Assembly: GCA_951406725.2 (NCBI GenBank)
Contig: OX597816.1
Span: forward strand, 163,122,001 to 163,186,000
DNA: 64,000 bases
From: Octopus vulgaris
Taxonomy: Eukaryota
Direction of reading: 5' to 3'
Of the stretch, positions 55,590-64,000 are shown piece after piece. The first letter of the stretch is position 1, and the number at the start of each line of letters is the position of its first letter. A program made the translations under genes and the position numbers. Under the pieces are notes generated by a model. It was not told the origin of the DNA. It worked only from the letters and a program-made list of their open reading frames with translations, and made no database searches.

Positions 55590-55797
55590 ATATTCTTTTA
55601 TTTTTTCAGTCATTTCACTGCGGCCATGATGGAGCACCGCCATTAGTGGAGCATATCGACCCCAGGACTTATTCTTTGTAAGCCTAATATTTATCCTATT
55701 GGTCTCTTTTGCCGAACCGCTAAGTTATCGGGACGTAAACAAAACAGCATCGGTTGTCAAGCGATGTTGGGGGACAAACATATACATGCACATACAT

Positions 55798-55833
<36 letters not shown>

Positions 55834-55980
55834 GACGGGTTTCTTTCAGTTTCCGTCCACCAAATCCACGCACAAAGCTTTAGTCGGCTCGAAACTATAG
55901 TAGAATACACTTGCCCAAAATGCCACGCAGTGAGACTGAACCCGGAATTATCTTAGTAAGCAAGCTACTTACCACACTGC

Positions 55981-55984
<4 letters not shown>
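55590..55984 (-). mobile_element. SINE A
   Basis: Tail, body and head motifs. Confidence 0.88.
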
Positions 55985-56054
<70 letters not shown>

Positions 56055-56110
56055 ATATAACAATAATAATAACCATAATAATAATAATAATAATAATAAT
56101 GTTAAAAAGT

Positions 56111-56182
56111 GGCATTAATAACCGACGAGAATGCATCGTAGCTCTTCGTTCCGACATTCGAAACCCCGAGTACTATAATGAC
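56111..56182 (+). ncRNA. Type I hammerhead ribozyme-like motif
   Basis: GGCATTAATAA-CCGACGA-GAATG(caTCG..CGA)CATTC-GAAA-C(CCCGA)G-TA-CTATAATGAC: U4C core, extended stem II, GUA triplet, imperfect stem I CATTA/TAATG. Confidence 0.6.
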
Positions 56183-56223
56183 AACTTATTGATTGTCCTA
56201 AATTACACACACACACACACACA

Positions 56224-56275
<52 letters not shown>

Positions 56276-56291
56276 GAGAGAGAGAGAGAGA

Positions 56292-56334
<43 letters not shown>

Positions 56335-56540
56335 TTCCTTGGGGCCGGCCAGATGAGAGCAGTCTTGAAATTAACCGGCCGAAACTGCAGGGACGATCTG
56401 CTTCTCGACTGAAGATTGAAAGCTCTGAATGTCCCGTCGTTGTTTTTTTTCTGTCCTTTTTTTGTATCACCCAGTGTCCGAATGTTTTGTTGTCACCTGT
56501 TACGTTCTTGTTCCATTTTTTAAAATCTTTTATATATACA

Positions 56541-56934
56541 CTAGCAGTATCGCCCGGCGTTGCTCGGGTTTGTAAGGGAAATAACTATATAAGCATTTTT
56601 AGAGATGTAAAGTATAATAGCCATCTCAATATGGCTAACCACAAAGGGGGTGTTACTGTAGATGTTTACTTTCTGAGATTTAATAATACATTTTTAGAGA
56701 GTTACTTCCCTTATATAATAGCAAAAAAATGCATTAAAAATGGGAAAAATTTATGGTAATTTTTTTTTTAAATCGTAGACTCATCGTAGACGCGCGCTAA
56801 TACCCAGAAGGGCTCGATATGAATCACGACTATAAGACACCCGCTTTTGGTTACACTGCACCGCAAAATGTGGGAGTAGTTAGGAATCTAAATCGTAGGA
56901 GACAGACACGCAACTTCACTTTTATATATAAAGA
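56541..56934 (-). mobile_element. Non-autonomous Helitron with a substituted internal segment
   Basis: Same termini as 39260-39661; 56606-56690 has no counterpart in the other copies. Confidence 0.9.
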
Positions 56935-57159
56935 TATACGGAGTACGTACACTTTTGGTCTCCTGTATGAACGTACATACATATACATCTATATTTTTTA
57001 CGACTCTTACTCTTTCTTTAGCCCCTTTCACACTTTCTTCGTTACTTCGACTTTTCCTTTTCTCGCCCCGACCCTCTCTAACATTTCTTGGCACCCCCTT
57101 CATTCTCATCACTTTCACTCCTCCTTTACCCCGGTCTGCCCCTTTCCTTTTTTGTCTCT

Positions 57160-57264
57160 CTTTATAGTGGAAGACACTTGCCTAACGAGCTACACAGTGG
57201 GACTGAACCCGGAGCCATGTAGTTGGTAAGCAAGCTACTTTCACACAGCCACTCCTGCGCCTAT
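57160..57264 (-). mobile_element. SINE A head fragment
   Basis: CAGTGGGACTGAACCCGG...CAGCCACTCCTGCGCC. Confidence 0.8.
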
Positions 57265-57408
57265 ATTTATATTTATATACACATGTGTGTGTATATATAC
57301 ACGTATGTATAAGGGGATATAATTAAAAACCTACATACACTCATATATATACATGTACATAGTTATGCGTCTATCTCTTTTATCTTTCTATCTATATTTC
57401 TCTCTCTC

Positions 57409-57460
<52 letters not shown>

Positions 57461-57486
57461 CACATGAAATACACATATGTATGTAT

Positions 57487-57541
<55 letters not shown>

Positions 57542-57766
57542 TGTACGTATGTATGTATGCATGTATGTATACACTCACACACACACAAGACTAGTTGTTA
57601 TCAAGTTACTGCTGATGTGATCAGCTCCAATTTCTATGAGCCATCCTCGTTACCACTGCACAAATTGATAAACGTATTTCATAGTGTTATACAAGATATT
57701 TCCCAACTAAATTTCTTGATATGCACAAAAAAAATAAAGAGAGACAGACAGACAGAGAAAGAGAGG

Positions 57767-57810
<44 letters not shown>

Positions 57811-57812
57811 GG

Positions 57813-57844
<32 letters not shown>

Positions 57845-58344
57845 TGATGATATCTTTGAGGAGAGATAAAAAAAAATTCTGATAACGTTTTAAACATTTC
57901 AATTATCAGTCGATAATTTGAATTTCCCAAGCTCCATACCAAGGTTTATAAGCTATAAGCTATCTTTTGACGATTTTATTTCTATCTATCGACTTTGGTC
58001 TGCTCTTAATACCGAAGAGAAGACGGCGGTCATTAATATATTAAAATTCAAAATCAATGGTTTCCATAGAAACACTGCAAGCAAGTTACATACTTTACTA
58101 GAGTATAGATTTTGTAATATATCAGCTCAAAAACAGTTTCTTCGACATAGTTGCTGCTAAAATATCTAACACAATAACAACAACTGCGATACTATTACCG
58201 CCAAAGATAGAGCTGTAAAATGTTTCATACGCGGCCAAATGCTATTACTATTCAGAGATATGGCGAAATCGGAATAAAATACATTGTCACGTTTACGTAA
58301 TATATGACTATAAGAGGTTGTAGAATATCAGACACATAAATATG

Positions 58345-59516
<1,172 letters not shown>

Positions 59517-61289
59517 CTATGTTTGACTTTTGCTTTATATTTGTACAAGTTGGCTCCAAGTCTCACCCAGAGACCTCAAGAGACAACAGGGTTGGAAGTT
59601 CATGTTGTTGTTATGCCTAGTGTGCCATATATTTGGGGGGTGGGGATGTTGTACTAATGAATGTCTAAAAATAAAAAAAAATAAAAATAAAAAAAAAGGT
59701 TTTTTTTTTGTTTTTTTTTTTAAACCGAAAATTATGTTTGTTTTAAACCTTGAGATTACATAGAGAGTATTTTGCGTAGGATATGAGCAGTTCCCATGAG
59801 CACTATCTTTTGAACTTCTGCCATTTTTGGGTTTCCTGGTATCTGAGTTAGGTAGCTATCAGCCCCTTTTGCTATCATTCCCAGGGCACCTATGACAACA
59901 GGTATTGTTTTAGTCTTCAGCTTCCACATTTTGCTGATTTCTATTTCAAGATCTTTATATTTGCTCAGTTTTTGGTAGGTCTTGACAGATACGTTTATAT
60001 CGATTGGGACAGTCATATCAATGAGGAGGCATGTTCTTTGTTTGAAGTTTTTCAATATGATGTCTGGCCTATTTGCATCTATCTTCCTGTCAGTTTGAAT
60101 GGTGAAGTTCCAGAGGAGTGAGATGTGGTCATTTTCAAGCACTGGGGTGGTTTGTGTTCCCACCAGTTTTTTTCATGGGGCAAATCCAGGTTTTTACAGA
60201 TTACCCAGTGAATATATTGTGCAGCTCTATCGTGCCTGTTGAGATACTCTGTAGGCGCTAGAAGACTGCACTTGGAGACCACATGGTCAATGGTTTCATT
60301 TTGTTGCTTGCATACACGACACGTTGGACTGCTTCTGATCTTTAATATGTTGGCCTGGTAGTTTCTTGTTGGTAGGCATTGATCTTGAGCTGCTATGATA
60401 AACCCCTCTGTTTCAGATTTTAAGCCAGAGGCCATTAGCCATTGATGGGTCAGGGCTTTGTCGATATCTGCATTATTCGCTCTCTTTGGGTATTTGCCAT
60501 AGAGAGGTTTTTCTTGCCATTTATTATTCAGAATATCTAAGGCCGCAGTTTTGGCACGGGTTTTCATGCGCCTAGCTTTTTCTGTGCTTGTTTCTTGTAT
60601 ATCTATCTCCGAAATTGGTTGTATTCGGAATTCACTTAGATATTCCTTTGCCTGTTTTGTGACTGAGTATGATGCTTTCTTGTTTTCATGTTTTGAGACA
60701 AGTTTTAGCATCCAGTCCTCAGAGTTTTTCAGGTAGGTGTCTAGGCCAATTGTAGCAATCTTCATTGTTATTGCCAGTTGCAAAAGACCACGGCCTCCCT
60801 CTTTTCTTGGCAGATAGAGTCGTTCTGTATCTGCCTTAGGGTGGTGCATTCTATGCATTGTCAACAGTTTCCTTATTTTTCTGTCGAGCTGACATATTTC
60901 AGTAATTGACCAGTTAACAATATTGAAACTGTAAGTCACGACTGGTATAGCTAATGCATTGATTGCTTCGATCCTGTTTCTTGCATTCAGCTCTGTCTTG
61001 AGTATTGCTCTCACTCTTCGATAGCATTCTCTCCTGATCCTTTCCTTCATCTCTGAATGCCTTATTCCGTTCCCTTCAATTATCCCTAGGTACTTGTAGC
61101 TCTCCGCTGGGTCTAGTTCTTTTATGACATTCTGTTGGTCAAGGTTAACGTTAGATGTTTCTGTCATTTTTCCTTTGATAAAGGTAGCCTTTGCACATTT
61201 ATCGAGGCCGAATTGCATTCTGATGTCGTCACTGAATTGTTTGACTATCGCTAGTAAGCCCTTGAGTTGTTGATCATTTTTTGCAAAAA

Positions 61290-61290
<1 letters not shown>
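59517..61290 (-). mobile_element. 5'-truncated R4/Dong-type non-LTR retrotransposon inside (TAA)n
   Basis: RT C-terminus (FSDDIRMQFGLDKC, YKYLG, RLYLPRKEGGRGL), CCHC finger CRVC..ETIDHVVSKC, RLE motif RPDII..CLLID..KLSKY, ~240-bp 3' UTR, (TAA)n on both sides. Confidence 0.93.
59756..61290 (-). pseudogene. Truncated RT / zinc finger / RLE ORF with a single frameshift near 60145
   Basis: ORFs 60079-61218 and 59756-60163 join at EHKPP/PVLEND within a C run; no other disruption seen. Confidence 0.9.
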
Positions 61291-61351
<61 letters not shown>

Positions 61352-61360
61352 CATTATCAA

Positions 61361-61465
<105 letters not shown>

Positions 61466-61499
61466 CATTATTATTATTATTATCATTATTATTATCATT

Positions 61500-61829
61500 G
61501 AGTGAGAGAGCAGTTCATGCCATCAAAGTGACACTGGGGTAAAATATACGAAGCCCAATATACCCATCATGACTACCCGTCTGATAAAGGTACACCAGGC
61601 ACATGCATCACAACCATACGTGCGCGACATGGTGGTCTCATATCAAGATAAACAGCACATGACCTTGCAGGTGGGGCCCAGTTAGAATTTTCTTGTGGTT
61701 GAGTAGCCCATCCCGCTCAAACGGTCCCTGAATAAGGGTTGTTTAAGGATGTTGAAAGAACCATAAACAACCCTTATTCAGGGACCGTTTGAGCGGGATG
61801 GGCTACTCAACCTGAAGAAAATTCTAACT
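61500..61829 (-). mobile_element. Element D 3' part with fold-back inverted duplication
   Basis: 61764-61829 is the reverse complement of 61680-61745. Confidence 0.9.
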
Positions 61830-61847
61830 AATAGAATTCTAAAATTC

Positions 61848-61923
<76 letters not shown>

Positions 61924-61926
61924 GAA

Positions 61927-61962
<36 letters not shown>

Positions 61963-62480
61963 GAGTGAGAGAGCAGTTCATGCCATCAAAGTGACACTGG
62001 GGTAAAATATACGAAGCCCAATATACCCATCATGACTACCCGTCTGATAAAGGTACACCAGGCACATGCATCACAACCAAACGTGCGCGACATAGTGATC
62101 TCATATCAAGATAAACCGCACATGACCTTGCAGGTGGGGCCCAGTTAGAATTTTCTTCAGGTTGAGTAGCTCATCCCGCTCAAACGGTCCCTGAATAAGG
62201 GTTGTTTAAGGATGTTGAAAAAAACCACCCATGTTTCCAGAGGTGAATTATTCAAATCCCAAAGAATCCCTCTCAACACATGGCTATGATGCTCCCCCAC
62301 TACTTCTGCTCGTGATCAGAGATGCACATATCGTCAGCGACTAAGGGACATGCTCAACTGGTTAAGGTCAAACAACTGACAAGCAAATCTGTGGTATTGA
62401 GCAGAATATTTGCTGTAGCCCATCTTTTATACCAAGACAAAACATTTGCTGTAGCCCATCTTTTATACCAAGACAAAACA
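61963..62480 (-). mobile_element. Element D, 5'-truncated, with a 36-bp duplication at the truncation point
   Basis: ATTTGCTGTAGCCCATCTTTTATACCAAGACAAAAC at 62408 and 62444. Confidence 0.92.
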
Positions 62481-62499
62481 TTATTATTATTATCATTAC

Positions 62500-62592
<93 letters not shown>

Positions 62593-62595
62593 CAC

Positions 62596-62671
<76 letters not shown>

Positions 62672-63227
62672 GAGTGAGAGAGTAGTGCATGCCATCAAAG
62701 TGACACTGGGGTACAAATATACGAAGCCCAGTATACCCATCATGACTACCTGCCTGATTAGGGTACACTAGGCACATGCATGAAAACCATATGTTCGCGA
62801 CATGGTGATCTCATATCAAGATAAACAGCGCATGACCTTGCAGGTGGGGACCCATTTAGAGTTTTCTTCTGGTCGAGTATCCCATCCCGCTCAAAACGTC
62901 CCTGAATAAAAATTGTTTAGGTATGTTGAACGAACCAAAACCATGTTTCCAAAGGTGAATTATTCAAACCCCAAAGAATCTCTCTCAACAAATATCTATG
63001 ATGCTCCCCCACTATTTCTGCTCATGATCAGAGGTGCACGTATTGTCAGTCACTAAGGGACATGGTCAACTGGTTATGGTCAAACAACTGACAAATACAT
63101 CTGTGCTATTGAGCAGAATATTTGCTGTTGCCCATCTTTTATACCAAGACAAAACAATGTACATATGTACATGATAAGTTAAGATTAGAAACCATGAGAG
63201 TCACTGTATGGTACTGCATAAGGGCAT
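62672..63227 (-). mobile_element. Element D, full length, diverged
   Basis: Colinear with 18595-19137 including the 5' end ATGCCCT.ATGCAGTACC. Confidence 0.9.
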
Positions 63228-63230
63228 TTT

Positions 63231-63287
<57 letters not shown>

Positions 63288-64000
63288 GTCTTTGCACAGC
63301 TTCTAACGCTGGAGATGTACTACGGCGCCAGCTGTTCACTACCTGTGAACTAAGGTAACACCCGTTATTTTTCGAGCACCATCCGGAGCATTCGAGTGGT
63401 TCCAAGCAGTGGTTTTTTGTAAGTGCTCCATCCTTATTGCAGTTCCATGTTGTTCCATGTATTTCTCAAGATTTTTACTCACTGTTCCCAGGACTCCGAC
63501 AATAATTGCATAAACTCCCAAACTAACCTGACATATCTATTGACTTTTCTTTCTTCCTTATCGCATTCCTTGTTGTCAGCTGGGCATGCTATATCTATGA
63601 TCCAGCATCGTTTGCTTTCTTTCTCGATTAACACTATCACTGGTTTCCTATTCTCTATCTCATGGTCGCACTGAATCATAAAATCCCATTGAATCTTTAC
63701 ATTATCATTTTCAATGATGCCTTCGAGTTTAGGTCCGTACCATGTTTTGCTCAGTCAAGTCCACACTTGTTGCAAAGTGTCCAATGGACAATCTTGTCTA
63801 TATTGTTATGACGTCTCTTATATTCTTTCTGGGCTAGTGGCGTACATTGACTGGTAATATGCCATATGGTTTCCCCATTTTCCTCACAAATTCTGCACTT
63901 ATCGCTTTCTGATGTGTTGTCTATTCTGTATTTGATGTAATTCGTTCTTAATGCTTACTCTTGGGCAGCACAGATTAGAGCCTCCGTTTCCGGTTTTAAA
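63288..64000 (-). mobile_element. Second R4/Dong-type LINE family, decayed 3' portion running off the window
   Basis: LKPETEALICAAQE...CRICEENGETIWHITSQC...RRH...KIQWDFMIQCDHEIENRKP...IIDIACP...IIVGVLG; a short 3' UTR ends in (TAA)n. Confidence 0.88.

Overview
AT-rich, repeat-saturated eukaryotic non-coding DNA. The SINE repertoire and extreme microsatellite density suggest a cephalopod, probably Octopus (inference from pattern recognition, not a database search). I found no intact host protein-coding exon; nearly all ORFs in the track are microsatellite translations. Supported content: three abundant tRNA-derived SINE families (called A, B and C here), non-autonomous Helitrons, a full-length decayed mariner and other Tc1/mariner relics, two L1/Tx1-type ORF2 fragments, restriction-like-endonuclease (R4/Dong-type) LINE fragments embedded in (TAA)n or (CATA)n arrays, and a 5S rRNA fragment. 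Most interesting: (1) several distinct minimal hammerhead-ribozyme motifs, one belonging to a head-to-head tRNA-headed element at 17.5-19.5 kb; (2) a ~560-bp non-coding element (D, 7 copies) whose intact 3' ends always run into (TAA)n and which stacks with Dong-type LINEs in a 5.6-kb same-orientation pile-up at the end of the window.
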